NCBI RefSeq assembly: GCF_018977255.1
Contig: NW_024704743.1
Span: forward strand, 93,064,001 to 93,128,000
DNA from: Callorhinchus milii
Lineage: Eukaryota
Direction of reading: 5' to 3'
DNA: 64,000 bases
The notes beneath the pieces were generated by a model, which saw only the letters and a list, made by a program, of their open reading frames with translations, had not been told where the DNA came from and searched no databases. Positions 50,721-64,000 of the stretch are shown here, one piece after another. Numbering within the stretch: position 1 is the first letter of the stretch; every line of letters begins with the position of its first letter. The translations under genes and the position numbers were made by a program.

Positions 50721-51319
50721 ACACAAAATCCTTTCAACATCATCAACATGGTAGCTCAAATCATCACATCCAACTTTTGTAAAAAAATCAAGGGGTACTC
50801 CCTCCCCCACATTTTTATTCCCTGATATGACATTATCCTTAATTTAAATGTTGATTCTCAGCTGTGACAATGTACCACTTAACTTGTCTGCTAATTTCAG
50901 CTACAAGAGATTTGAACGTAGCTACCTAAAAATATCTTCAAATCAACATCTAAGAATGATGAAGTGTCAGGGTCCCTATTTGGCTTTGGATCTATCACTC
51001 TTGCGCATAATAGCCAGAAACACTTTGCCTGATGATTCCAGTCTACATTTATTAATATCATTCAGATCATAAGCCTTAACAGTGTACAGCCTACAATTTT
51101 CTCAAATGCAATGACTGAATTAGTCATTCTACCCTTGAAGCGCTCGAAGACACCATAAATCGAAGTTGTTGTTGTTGCTTTTGGATGAAGCAAAAACGAA
51201 TCTTGCATCTCTCAATTCTTTAAAGGCACAGCTTCCCTTTGTCCCTCAAAAGCCCAACCATCAGCAATTAATAATCTTTGGCCTTACTGTATGTATTATT
51301 ACAAATGTAACTCGCACAT

Positions 51320-51645
51320 ATCTTCTAATCTCCCTTCGCTCATTGGGCACTATCCTACTTGATGTCCCTAGTCCTGCCCATCCCACCATTGGAGGGCAGA
51401 CTTTCAGCCTATATGCCCCCATTCCCTGGAACTCTATCCCGGAATCCCTCCAACTTGTTCCCACCCTTACCTCATTCAAGGACCATCTCAAGATCTACCA
51501 CTTTGCCCCTGATTTTGGTCTTCTTTCTTCTTCTCACCTCCCTCTACTCCCACCCTCAGCTGGGTGCCAAGTCATTATTGTAAAGCACCTGGGACAACCT
51601 CTCAGCATGAAAGACACTATATAAATGTCAATTTGTATTGTTTTG
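51320..51645 (+). mobile_element. L2 3' fragment
   Basis: Encodes PTIGGQTFSLYAPIPWNSIP..SFKDHLK, with tail gacactatataaatgtc. Confidence 0.82.
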
Positions 51646-52785
51646 TAATCTCAAGCTACCCCCAAGAAACTCAGTTTGAGTCACATTTCTTCACCAATGC
51701 TTAAACATTTTTAAACCCCATATATGTTCAAACTTAAATATTGCCTCCATACCCAAGGAGACTCTTCTAGTATCTTTCTGAAACACCTGGAAAAGATGCA
51801 AGACAATATTTATCATTTCTTTCCCCTTTAGCCTCCAATTTGTCTTTCTCCATCACACAGCTTCTTGCGCTCCATTTTATGAGCAATAACTTGCTTTTCT
51901 ATGGCACATTTCATATAAAACTTCTTTAAATCCCAGTCTTATCCTGCATTTGAATGTCAGCCTTTCTAAGTTTGAAGTTCCAATGTGGGAGTGGGGCTTG
52001 AACCCACAACCCACAATAAAATAAACACAAGGTTCCCTGCATTTCATCCAAACATGATGTGTTATTGTATAAATTTATGCATGGTACTTATCTCTTTTCA
52101 GTAAGAAAAAAAAGCCTTCCTTTCCCTTTCCCTTGTGTTAGGATGATTTAACTAGGTGGGTGAAGAGAATGTCAATAGTGAACAAGGGACCTTTGATGTT
52201 AGACATTATATATGGAAGGTGATTTACCACAGTCTTTAAAAAACTGCAGAAAAACAGTTTCCAGATTAACACTGCTTTCAAGAATTTTCCAAAATTCTGC
52301 ACATCTTAATTTTTAAGACAATGGTTTTAAGGCTAAGATCAGGAGGATTTGGAGCCTACAGAGGTTCCATTTATTGAAGCACGATATACATATTCTGCTG
52401 TTTTAAACAGCCAAATACCAGGATTATATTTTAAACTCATAAATCAATGAATATTTTGTTATCAGTTATGTGGTGTGTTACTGCGGCAACAGGATGCTTG
52501 GATGTGCTTGTATCTCATGAAGCAATACACAGCCACTGCAAATGACCGCCTACAAGAGCTGCATTACAAGATGTGCTGCTCTTGCCAAGAATCTGTCAAA
52601 AGGCAAAAAAAATCATAAAAAATAAATTTAAAGGAGTGGTATCATTGTATTACAAGCAAGGATATTTCTGTATCTATTACAATGGAAACATTTTAAATTT
52701 TAGTCCAGATTTTTGTCTTATAATTATGTTAAAATCAAAGCATTGAAGGCACATTACCATGGCGATAATATCCCTTTAAAATTAT

Positions 52786-53360
52786 TGGGTGAAAATTACA
52801 ACCTGGATGTGTATGTGCTAATTAACACTTCATTGAAAACGGGACCAGTGGATGTGTTGAATTATTGAGAGGTCTGTGAGTGTGCTGGAGGCAATCTCCC
52901 CACCCCCAAACACACACACATAAAAAAGCTGTTCACAATGGTAGTGGTTTACTCTTTTTATCGACAAAGCAGAGGGTTTGTGAAATTAAATCCAAAACAA
53001 TATTTTAGGATGCACCAAGACAGCAGAACAAGAGATCAAAGATTCTGAGTAGCAAAGGGATATTTCAGGACAGATACCAGGAAATTCTTCTTTACTCAGA
53101 GAGTAATTAACAGGTACCAGGAAGGACGGTTCAGGCCAGGACACTAGACTCATTTAAAAAGCACCTTATGACTGTGATAGCAGGATGGTGGGGTGGGTGT
53201 TCTCGAAGGATGAGATCAGATGGGCTGAAGGACCTTCTTCATCCAAATTAATCTTATGATTTGTGATCTTGTTATTAAAGCCATCATTCAAACTAACACC
53301 TAATTAACCAATAGTTAATTTGGAGTTAATTAATATATAACACGTCACAATTTTCACCCA
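52786..53360. mobile_element. Second TIR element (gggtgaaaatt ends) with a nested CR1 3' fragment
   Basis: tgggtgaaaattacaacctg...taattaac at the left and gttaatta...cacgtcacaattttcaccca at the right. CR1 piece at about 53010-53265. Confidence 0.55.
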
Positions 53361-53913
53361 GATAACTACACCCGTCAATGCTTAATCTTTCATTATTTGA
53401 ATGGTCTGACCCAGTATCCGCTGTCCTTCAATAAACTTTCCCCTGTCAGGTGCTTGTTTTTGTGCTGAATATAGTTTGTGTCATTAAGTCTTGCTACGAC
53501 ACATAGATCAGCTAATTTTTCTGCTATTTTGTGAAATTTCTGTTGCGCAGGAGCTCACTTGACTGGACAGTGATGTACAGTAATTGGGAGATTATCTCAC
53601 ACTGCTCTCATGGTAAGGTACCTATAGCATAACCATGACAAGACATTTTAAATCCAGTGCACATGTCAGCTACCAATCTAAATTTGTATTAGAAACATAT
53701 CAATTTACAAATGCAACTGTTTAGATAAATAAGACACTTGCGTGAGCTTTAGAGTATTACAATCTGAAATAAATAAAGCTCATGCAACATGGAGTAGTTG
53801 TAAGATTCACAAGGCACATCTTCAATCTCTGGCAATGTTGGATATACACACAATTTCGCCCATTACTGATAATTTCAAATTTATGCCAGATACTGTGTTC
53901 TTCAGCAACTTAC

Positions 53914-54142
53914 GCTCTCGGAAGGATGTGAAAAGCATCTGGAAGTGACTATTCCGACTGCCCTCATCAGCCCACATTCGGATAACCCCAAATCCTGTGC
54001 CGAGCATCAGGTCGTTGGCTACAGTGCTGCAGAACTTGGCTTTCAGATCTTCCACTGAGCTGCTCCCATCATAGATTGCCACAAAATTGCGCTTACAGTC
54101 ATTTGAATTTTCCATTTCATAGTCAAGGAACCTCAAATAGAT
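53914..54142 (-). CDS. NETO1: NETO1 internal exon, C-terminal half of CUB2 domain (229 bp, phase 0 to 1)
   Basis: Acceptor ttttgtcccttttag|ATC, donor GAGC|gtaagt. Translates [76 protein letters not shown], recognisably NETO1 CUB2. Confidence 0.96.
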
Positions 54143-54659
54143 CTAAAAGGGACAAAAAGTAATAGTTCATACAAGGTCTTAAAACTCCAGTATTAAGAAA
54201 TTATTGAAGGAATGTACAATACAATACAATTTACACTAATATAGCACCTCTGACAATGCGAGGAAGTCCCAAATCATTTGACAAAAATATGATTACTATT
54301 ATAAATAACAATAGTAAGATTACAGTAAAACAGCAATTATCTGATACATAGGCATATATCTGTGCTTACCAAATTGAGGAGAAAATGGTAGATGGAAAGA
54401 AGCCAAAGGCTGATAATATCAGTTATGCATAATATCAGTCTGATCTTATCTTGGCAAGTTCCCAGAGAGCCCAAACTTTCTATTTAATCAAGTCTTAAAG
54501 ATTGAAAACCTTTAATTTGCTTTTTTTATTTATTTTTCTTTGTTATTGTTCATACAATGAATCCAGTTTGACATTACAAGAGCATAGTGATAGTTTCAAT
54601 CAATGTTGGATCAAAAATGACCTTCCCTTCACAAATCCATTGTTTTAATTTCAAGATGC

Positions 54660-54910
54660 TTGGTTATTTCATCCTTTATTAAAGACTCCCAACACCTTCC
54701 CTGGTCTGTAGTTCTCTGGATTAGCTCTATCTCCGTTTCTAAATATGAGCATTACATTTCACACCCTCCAGTTCTCTGGCATGATTCCTTTTTCTGATGA
54801 CTTCCTAAACATTAATCACTGGTGCCTCAGCTATGTGTTTCTTCAAGGATTCTTGAGTGCAGTCCACCTGGACCTAATGTTTTATCCTCCTTAAGTTTGT
54901 CTAACTTATC
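54660..54910 (-). mobile_element. Decayed CR1 ORF2 fragment
   Basis: Reverse complement resembles KxxGP.G.H.RILKE...DWRV.NV....K.G.R..PENYRP. Confidence 0.65.
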
Positions 54911-55717
54911 CAGTATGTCTTTATTTCCTATTCTAACTTGTTATTTCATTCCCTATATTTACAAGATTCTTTTATGAAAACAGAGTCAAAATATCTGTCA
55001 TAGCCCAATATCAGACATTGCATAAATGCTTTTATCACTGAGCTCCTGAGCACAGCCAACTACAACAACAGCAACAACTTGCATTTGTATAGCACTCTTT
55101 TCACGGGGTAGCATCCCGGAGCGCTTAAATATATGCGGAGAATTATGCTTCATATATAACCAGCTCTGAACAAGAGCAATTCCGATTCCCCTCTGAATTG
55201 CTCTAATACAGGCAGTACATTAATAAGCACCTCTAATATAACTGCCGCATAGGTATGTCTCACACATTCTTCAGTCAACCCTGCAACTCCTCTCATAGGG
55301 AAACAAAAAAATGAATGTGCATCTTTTAAAGTGTTATCCTTGTGCTTCTCACAAATATATTTCTTTTGCCATTTCACTTTATATAGCACACTTTATATTA
55401 TAAACTTGTGAGATCTAATAAAATAAGCATCTGGGGATGTAAGATAACTAATTCTCTTATCCAGGCAAGGCATTTGCAAGGCATTTGTAATAGTACGGTT
55501 TGTATTAATGAGGCTCAACCACTTTAAGCTTTGGGAGAGGCAATGAGACAATGAAGGCAGTCCCTCATGAGTACAGTACGTTCTTTTAGATTCTTTATAA
55601 TTAGATTGCAAAAGAAAATTCCTTCTTATGGGAGGAGAAAAAATGAAGATTGCGCAATCTAAGCATTGCATTTACAAATTCTGTGTTTTTTTAAATAACC
55701 ACACTAATTTACAACTT

Positions 55718-56112
55718 GGGTCAGTTGGATGATGTATTGCCTCTGAGACATAAGGTTCTGCATTCAAACCCCATGTCATACCTTCTTTAGCTCTTTGTCT
55801 AGGCTAATATTCCAACATAGTACTCGAGGAGTGCTGCATTGTAGGAGGTGTCAGATGAGATATTAAACCAAGGTCCTATCTGTCTGTTAAGATGAATGTT
55901 AAAGATTCCATAACACTATATTCAAAGAGAAGGTGTCTAGGCTAACAATCCCCAGAGATAAAAAAAAAAGTTATTCACTTCATGGCTGTTTGTGGGGTGC
56001 TTCTGTGTTCAAATTAGCGAACATATTTGCTTACAAATATAGTTGCTGCTCTCTACAAAAAATCTCTGTGAAGCATTTTGATGTAATAAGGCACGCTATC
56101 AAATGCAACTAT
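55718..56112 (+). mobile_element. Deu-SINE, near full length
   Basis: tRNA head and core gagtgctgcattgtaggaggtg..cagatgagatattaaacc...aaagattcc. Confidence 0.82.
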
Positions 56113-58249
56113 TTCGATAATTCACATGCTGCATACCCTTGCAGAACTCACAAAGTAAATCCAATTGCCTTGCGTTGATAGTTGGGGATACTGAAGTGAA
56201 TGCTGCCAGCTTTTTGGCTGGATACCAATTGAACATGGTAGTTGTCCTGTTATATAACTGATGACCATTAAAATATAATATAAAGCTTGTGAGCTAGAAT
56301 AGAACTAGTTTTCATTTTCACACTATCAACCTTGTATGAAGACAGATTTGAACTGTGCCACATAGGCATCAATTAGAATTAAGGCTACAATTTAAAAGTT
56401 AAAATCAGCTTGCCTGAGATTTTTCTCAATAAAGCATTCAATGCAGTCAGGAGAGAACATGCTGTGGAAGTGGTGCATTGCCATCTAACAGGAATTTACT
56501 GTTAAATACTAAAATACCACTAACTACTATTGTGTAAATTAATGCTAGTAATAGTTTTCAGTTATCACATCAAACACTAAGAAATACAAATTTTATCCCG
56601 ATAAGATTTAGTTAAATACTGTAAACCTTTGTCGGGTATTTTGTTTTATGCTTTTTTTCTTAATCTTTGCTCTTGCTACTACTTAAACACCATTACGTAG
56701 AACAATTAGAGATGTTCTATTGAAATTTTCCAAGGCTCATTTACACTCCTTCCTCTCCATTAAGCCTCACACTTGACAAATCCAGAAGTGTACAGTGCTA
56801 AAGACAGATTTCTATCTGATACATGTACATACTACCTTAGTGCTAAACTTCTTCTACTCGGACTTTAATTGAAAATAAATGAATTGGTTGTGCTTAGATC
56901 CATCTACAGCACCTTTTGAAAATACTTTCATCTTATAATTGCAAATCAGCATTCATTATCCATTTCGTAATGGAACTTTCTGCAGTCAGTTACCATAGCG
57001 ATGACATTAACTGGGCACTATCCAAGATGTCAGAAAAGCCCTCACAGTAACAATGTTTTGGAGTGTTGATTCATCAAGAAATATTCAAATTCAAATTATC
57101 AACACAAATAGCTCTTCAAACGCTCCTGGGCTGGTCTTGCTATTATGAGAGGGTGGGAGGGCGGTTACTCTGGAAGGATGAGATCAGATGGCTCAAAGGG
57201 TCTTCTTCATTGAATGTAATCTCAGGAATTTGTGAAAATCTCCCAAATAAATTGTGCTATCAAATATATGCAAACTGAGCAAGGTAATCAGATGATAAAC
57301 ACTGAGTTACAGTTCATCTCCAATAATGTGAGAGGATGCAAGCATGCAATACTGCAGTTGCTATGCTTTAGGATATCTACAACAACAACTTGTATGTATA
57401 TAGCACCTTTCACATAGGGTAACGTCCCGGAGCGCTTGACAGTGGCGGAGTCTGACACTGAGCCAGGGGAGAGGGCTGAATTGACCGTAAGCATGATCAA
57501 AAAGATGAAATTAAGTCAAATCTTAGTTGAACTGACAAAGATTTGGATTTGAATCGGTTTAATCAAATGGACTTAATCCAGACATTTTTGATTCCCTGAC
57601 CTGGGCTCACAATCCTCTCCATGGGATTAGATTTTCCAGTGATCCGCAGCGATTAATCAGGTTATAATATTTACTGGTCATAGAAGTAAAAATTAATTAC
57701 AAATTGTTTATCAATCAACTTGCACAAAAGACGTCACACTTGTTAGTCATTCAGTGTGAATGTCATGTCATCACACATCGATTCACAGCACAGACACAGA
57801 TATCAAATTCAATAAAACCTCCCATAAAATTAGAGTCCACATCACAAGGCAACTATTCTGGAGTGAATTTAATACAGGATTTAAGATCAGGTGTAGATGA
57901 GGTGCACAAACATTCAAGACCTTAAATGCTATCAGTATCCAACCAAATTGAGCTATCTTCTGGTAATGCTATGTATTTTGTTGTATTTGATCAGAAGGAC
58001 AGTGAACTAACAGTTCAAATTCAATTGCTTTGCACAGAGAATAGTGATAAAGAGACTTTCCACAAAACAAGAAATGTTAGGATGCTGCATATCTTAATGG
58101 TAGAATTTGCTTAAACCCATGGAAATTATGCTGCTCTATTAGATCAAGTCGGATCAGAGTTCCACAGATCGATGTGTCTTACTGCCAGTTACTTAGATGA
58201 ATGTTTGCATGGTACATTTTTTTAGGAGTTCCATCAAGAAATAGCACAG

Positions 58250-58610
58250 ATGGCAGCCCTAATGGTAGTGTATAAAGCTCTAGCTTATGACCAGAAGCTC
58301 ACTGGTTCAAATCCCGGTTTATGTTGAGTTTATTGGTCTCCACACATGGGGATATTAAATTGTCTCTGGTCTATCCAGGTTAGGGAAGTGGAAAACCAGT
58401 CAGGCTTCCTGCTACTAGTCTTTGTACAGCGCTCTCTACTGGTTGTTCACCTGCGGTTCAGTAGGGTGACGAGAGGTTATGCTCCGTTCAGTACGCACTC
58501 TACGGTCATGTGGCTGACCACCACTCAGTGCCAAGGCTAACACATGAACAATGACACTTGGGTATGCTGCAGGCATCATTGAACCAGTAGCAAGAGGAGG
58601 ACAGATCATG
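58250..58610 (+). mobile_element. Old SINE-like repeat (family C) with a tRNA-like head
   Basis: ggttcaaatccc B-box at about 58304. The 3' part (ccaaggctaacacatgaacaatgacacttggg) resembles the copies at 11070 and 46740. Confidence 0.5.
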
Positions 58611-60129
58611 AACGGAGGCATATGCCAGTGGGGAAAACACTAGAAAATATTTGAACACAATAAATTTGGAAACAAAATAGAAAATAAATACCACAAATTA
58701 CAACCCAATATCACAACAGCAACTTCCATTTCTATAACACCTTATAAAACACAGAGTGCTTAACAACGGTACAGTTTGACATCAAGCTGGGAAAAAAGGG
58801 AGATAATCATAGGCACAATTGATATGAGTAAATTTCTTGGATTCCTGAATTAAAAATAAAGGATTTTTTTTCATTACTTAATAGCAAATCTGATTACTAA
58901 ACTGAGTCCTTCAATTCCTTTTCATGCTTTGCCAATTTTCTTCCCATTTTCTTTTATCTCTTCTCCTCGCACCTGATGCCTGAAATGTATCTGATCTGAT
59001 ATGACTGAGCAGGAATTCTAACATTAAGAAATGCTGCTAATTTACCCTCAACTTTTTTAGATTCATATTTCTTTACCTGTTAATAACAGTGTCTAATTGT
59101 AATCACAGTTAGTAACTCCTCACAAAATGACTAGCTACAACATTTTGTCATAAAGATATTCAAACACATAATTTACACCATAATTCTCCATGTGATCAGT
59201 CCCAGATCTCAACTCTAGAGAAACACAGAAACTAAGAGCTATTGACTTGATTTGGGGTTTGAATCCACAACCTTGTGCTGAGAGGTGAAGGTGCTACCAA
59301 TTGAATCAAATTGTAATGTCATTATTATTATAGAGTTCTTATTGCAAAATCAATCTTAATGTGATTGCTTTCTGATAAAGTCTGTGAGAAACATTTTCCT
59401 TCTTTGCAGTCTGAAATGTTTTGCATATTCATTCCAATGTAATCACAAGAACATGTCATTGAGAATGTTTCACAAGTTTATTAGTTTGGGATCCATCTAT
59501 CAGAGGGTAGAGTCATCTACTATCTAACTTGTCAATTCCTTTCATTATTTTAAGCACATCACCCCTTAATTTCATTAGCACTAAGGAAAACACCCAAGTG
59601 TATATAGCTCTCATAATAGCTAAGCTTGTTCTCCCTGGTAGGTTTCTGTGCCATCATAAGTGGCCGATCTTTCAGTTTATATTTCTCCTTTCCTCTGGAA
59701 CATCTTCCCTCGAACACTCCATCTCGTCTTCTCTCTTTAATTGAGTCCTACCTCAAATCTTACCTCTTTGAATGCAACTATGGCCATTTCCTTCTCCCCT
59801 CCTGCTCTCCCCCCTCTCCTGAGTATCCAACTCTACCAATTGACTATCCTCCTTGGGCTCCTAATACTTTCCGGAATTAGGTAAAGAGGATGTGTCCCTC
59901 TAGGGAGAGATGTGCATTACATTCAAATAAACATCTTTGGAATTTCCATGTGTAGATGAGATGCATGGAATTCTCAATTTCATTTCGATACTTTTAAGCA
60001 TGGTGATGGGTTTCTGCTTGTGTCAGACACCCACCTGCCCTTAAAAAAATGTCCTGTGGAGACACTACCCTACATGAAGAGGACTATTTAAATACAAGTC
60101 ATCATCATTATTGATATAAATCTATTGAA

Positions 60130-60330
60130 TTATCTTTGAACACACTCCAGGACTGGTGCATTCCCCGTAAGATTGAATTCCCAAAGATGAACATAACATT
60201 CCAAATGAGGTCTGACCAGTACTTCATATAACTGGAGCAGCACTTCCTTGTTTTTATATTGCAGATACTTTGTTATAAGGCACAGCATCCCATTAGCATT
60301 ATTCATTGCTTCCTGGATATACAGGCCTGA
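60130..60330 (-). mobile_element. CR1 fragment
   Basis: Encodes ANGMLCLITK..YKNKEVLLQLYEVLVRPHLECYVHLW. Confidence 0.85.
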
Positions 60331-60365
60331 AAATCCATGCTTGATACTCAAGACTTCCACATGTG

Positions 60366-60631
60366 ATAATAATAATAATAATCCTTGCATTTCATATAGC
60401 GCTTTTCACATCTTTTAGACATCTCAAAGCGCTTCACAGAATATACTGTAAAGTGAATCGACTGTATATTTGTGGGCGAAATGCGGCAGCCAATTGCACA
60501 CAGCAGTGTCCCACAAATAGTCGTGGATTGAAATGACCAACTTATTATTATTTTTTTTCTTAAGGGATTATTATAAGGCGTGTGGAGTAAGAAAACTTGC
60601 CCAAGGTTTCACCCTGCTGGGAATTGAACTC
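60366..60631 (-). mobile_element. Young tRNA-SINE, short form, 5'-truncated
   Basis: Same internal deletion as 26229-26545. Confidence 0.9.
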
Positions 60632-61019
60632 ATAATGCAAATGAAAACATTATATTCAGACAGAGTGTCAATAGTGCTCACTTTTGCATTAATTTTGAAT
60701 GAGATACTGGAACTTTGTACCAAAGGTAAAAATGGCAAAATATATTTTAAAGAAAATGAAAAAACCACTTTTCGTCAACTACACTTGAACCAGAGATATT
60801 TTTACCTTTTTAGGAACTTATTTCACCATTGATTTCTTCAAGCATATATCAATATTCAAAGGTAAAATGGCAAAATAAATTAAATGTTTCCCTTTCAATA
60901 TTCTCCCTTCATCTCCCAAAGAGCAGATTCTTTCTGAGGTATAGTTGTACATAAACCAGCCATGCTTAGCTATCTCACCCAGCTGAGTCCAGGCAGTGAG
61001 TGTTATCAGGGTATTCACA

Positions 61020-61510
61020 AGATTAGTTTGGATGAAGAAGGCTATTCACCCAATTGGATCTCATCTTCATCTAACCAGAACATGACTCTACCATCATCCA
61101 TCACAGCATCAAGCTGTTTCTTAAATCTCTTTAAATTTAATTCCTTGTGTCCTAGCCTGAACTATCCTCCCTGACAACCCATTTCATTCATTAATTATCC
61201 TCCGGTAAAGAAAATCTTTCTGGTATTTGAACTGAAATTGCCCTTTGCAACTCTAAACCCATGTCCTCATCTTCTACTGTCTTGGTGATTCCTAAAGGAA
61301 GCCATAAACATACTGGTTTTACCTTTTAAATCCCATTTAAAATATTATACACCTCTGTCCTCTCTGAAAAGTCTTGTCTCAAGACTAAGAGCCCTAGCTT
61401 ATTTAATCATTGCTCATAGATTATTCCTCTAACATTGGGAATCATCCTCATTCCTTTCCTCTGCACTGTTTCTCAGGCCTGGACACTGCCCTTATGTCAT
61501 GGCCAATCAT
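61020..61510 (-). mobile_element. CR1 3' fragment
   Basis: Reverse complement carries RTWV.SCKG.FQF..RKIFFT.R.IN.WN-like sequence and a CR1 3'UTR. Confidence 0.75.
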
Positions 61511-62929
61511 GGAGGAAACCACAAGTAAACTGAGAAATAGAGAGTAGGCTTTTTGAGGATTTTTCTCAAACTGAGTATGAATGCCCTTGAGAAGTAAGGC
61601 TGGCAAGTCCTTTGACAACATGATTCATAGCATATGTTTCTTGAACAAATTTGCTGTATTACCATGCATTCAGTAGCCAACTATACATCTGCCTTTACAT
61701 TTTAAGGCAAAGCAGAAATCCAAGGAGAAATTCTAAATTGACCTTCACTTTTAACAAATATTCAAAATGTAGTAAAATGACTAAAATTTTGATAGCAATT
61801 ACATTGACATTCAGACAAATTCATAGTAATAATTGGCAGGTGAGCTAGACAAGTGATGTTTGTTTGAATTGTGTCCATTATCAGTGGCAAAAGATTACCT
61901 TATGCAAGTCACCATGTTATAACCTAGGTAGAACCTACACAAGGCAGCAATGCAACATGTAGGTGCTATATACCATCATACCAATACAACGCAACCAGTT
62001 CAACATTGCATGCTTCATGATTGTTCCTGTGATCCTAATAAATCATCTGACCATCACAGTACAGGGGCTAGCAAGTCACTGCAGTGACTACCCCTCAGAA
62101 ACTTAAACTGTGAACTGAGTGTTTGTAGCTAATGTTTCCAAGAACATATTCCCACATGTGAGCAGAGAAACAAGTCGGAACTGGTGTCCACAGAGCAGTA
62201 ACCAGCAAACCACTATCTTATGCAATGTTGGCTGTAGCCATAGGGGAAGCCATGAACGATGAGGAAGAGCCAGGTACCAGCAATTGCCATAATGCTTTAG
62301 CATACTTGGAGCAAGTTTCAGTGGAGGATACAGTGGAAATTAAAAAGAATACAAATGATTAATTATTCCCAGACAGCATCACACAACTACTTCCAGATCA
62401 TATGTAAAACATTCTTCTCTCAAGTAAATCACAAAGGAGATTCATTTCAACAGAGGATAGATAAGGAGCCACTAAAGCCCTGATATATTTATAAACATTA
62501 CATCTCACCATTTTTCTATGATGAACTGAGCAATTCAGTGTTTCAGTGAGATAGCAATGTTGCATGTTTGTTGGAGCATGGCTTCATTCGTGATACAAAC
62601 ATTCACAAATAGCTGTGCCTTTGCATGCATTGTGCAAAAGTTTTAGCTCATGTGGCTACTGTATATTCTTTGAATGTGTGAATATTTTGATGTAATAAAA
62701 TTTGAAAACCTGGGTACTGTTTTATCCCATACTACCTTGTATCTTTGAACAACTGTTTGACTGTATTGTGTTGTTGATAATTACCAATTATAAATGTAGG
62801 AGTGATCTGAGCTAACTGAGCCTCAACTTTTGTTGGATGTTTCACGATGAATCACTGCTGAAATAAATCATGCAATTTACAGCCAGATATCCAATACATA
62901 CATAGATTCAGTAGAGGCCAGTTATTGAT

Positions 62930-63990
62930 CAACAACAACAACAGCAACAAAATTACAATTATAGAGCGCCTTTCATGTTGGGAGGAGGTCCCAAGGTGCT
63001 GGTCAGTCAGGGGTCAGGATCCGAGCTTGGGGGAGGGAGAGAGGTGAGGGAAGGCAGAGAGATGGGAGGGCGACTGAAAGCACGATCGAACAGGAGGGTC
63101 TTGAGACCGGCCTCGAAGGAGACAAGGGAGGAAGCGAGGCAAAGGGACTGTGGGATGGAGTTCCAGAGTGTGGGGGCAGAGAGGCTGAAAGCCCGGCCAC
63201 CGATGGTAGGGCTGGTCAGGAGGGCAACATGGAGTAGGCAGGAGCCCGCTGAATGGAGGGAGCGGGCAGGTTGGTAGGGAGTCAGCAGTTCAGAGAGGTA
63301 GGAGGGGTTTAGGCCATGGATGGTCGTGCAAGTGAGGATGAGGATCTTGAATTCGATCCTCTGAGGGATGGGGAGCCAGTGGAGTCGGGCAAGGGTGGGA
63401 GTGATGGGGACACTGAGCTTGGTGCATGAGAGTACATGAGCTGCAGAGTTTTGGATGATCTGTAGCTTGTGAAGGGAAGAGTTGGGAAGGCCGATGAGGA
63501 GGGAGTTTCCATAATCGAACCTTGATGTGACGAATGTGTGGGTGAGTGTTTTGGCAGCCTGAGGGGTGAGGCAGTGGCGGAGTCTGGCAATGTTGTGGAG
63601 GTGGTGGTAGGCACGGATTTGGGGGAGCAAGGACAGTTCAGGGTCAAACAAGACAGCCAGGTTCCTGACTGGCTTAGTAAGGTTGAGTGTGCAGCCGTGG
63701 AGGCTGATGCTGCCAGCGCCCGAGGTGCAGAAGTGCTGGCGCAAGCCAATCAGCAGGGCCTCGGATTTGCTGACGTTCAGTTGGAGAAAGTTGTCCCTCG
63801 TCCAGGACTTGATGTCTGACAGGCAATCGTTCAGGATGCCAGAAGACCTGGAGTTGAGGGTGGAGGCAGAGAGATAGAGTTGGGTGTCATCTGCATACAT
63901 GTGGAAATTTACCCCATGTCTGCGGATGAATGTCACCAAGGGGGAACATGTAGAGGGTGAAGAGGAGGGGACTGAGGACACAGCCCTGAG
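62930..63990 (-). mobile_element. L2 3' fragment in a NETO1 intron
   Basis: ORF 63007-63981 contains [30 protein letters not shown] and HWLPI, with a (caa)n tail at 62930. Confidence 0.95.
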
Positions 63991-64000
63991 GAAGGCCGCA

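Noticed and set aside
42762..54142. NETO2 instead of NETO1 because of the SIDF terminus
   Set aside because: The CUB2, juxtamembrane and cytoplasmic sequences match NETO1 throughout.
54143..64000. Further upstream NETO1 exons (first half of CUB2)
   Set aside because: No segment encoding a DCKWYIRAPP-like motif was seen by eye. They probably lie beyond the window, though a very short exon could be missed.

Overview
Eukaryotic (vertebrate) DNA. The repeat content (CR1 and L2 LINEs, Deu-domain tRNA-SINEs, Penelope-type ends) suggests a cartilaginous fish, possibly a chimaera; that is an inference. The only host gene I can support is the 3' part of NETO1 (neuropilin and tolloid-like 1, auxiliary subunit of kainate/NMDA receptors) on the minus strand. 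It has three coding exons with canonical splice sites and consistent phases: 54142-53914 (CUB2, second half), 46111-45998 (LDLa) and 43342-42762 (TM plus cytoplasmic tail). Upstream exons were not found and probably lie beyond 64000. The rest is intron, 3'UTR and intergenic DNA full of 5'-truncated CR1 and L2 copies, at least three SINE-like families, small TIR elements and nested insertions. Best leads: (1) this NETO1 ends in a NETO2-like PDZ ligand (SVSIDF) yet carries a 5' splice site at the residue where mammalian NETO1 continues into its TTRV tail, and a speculative in-phase alternative last exon lies at 39492-39369; (2) modular evolution and deletion variants among the SINEs; (3) an unidentified, locally duplicated, possibly once-coding sequence at 2.8-4.8 kb. 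I found no convincing new biological system. Repeat boundaries are approximate and were read by eye.
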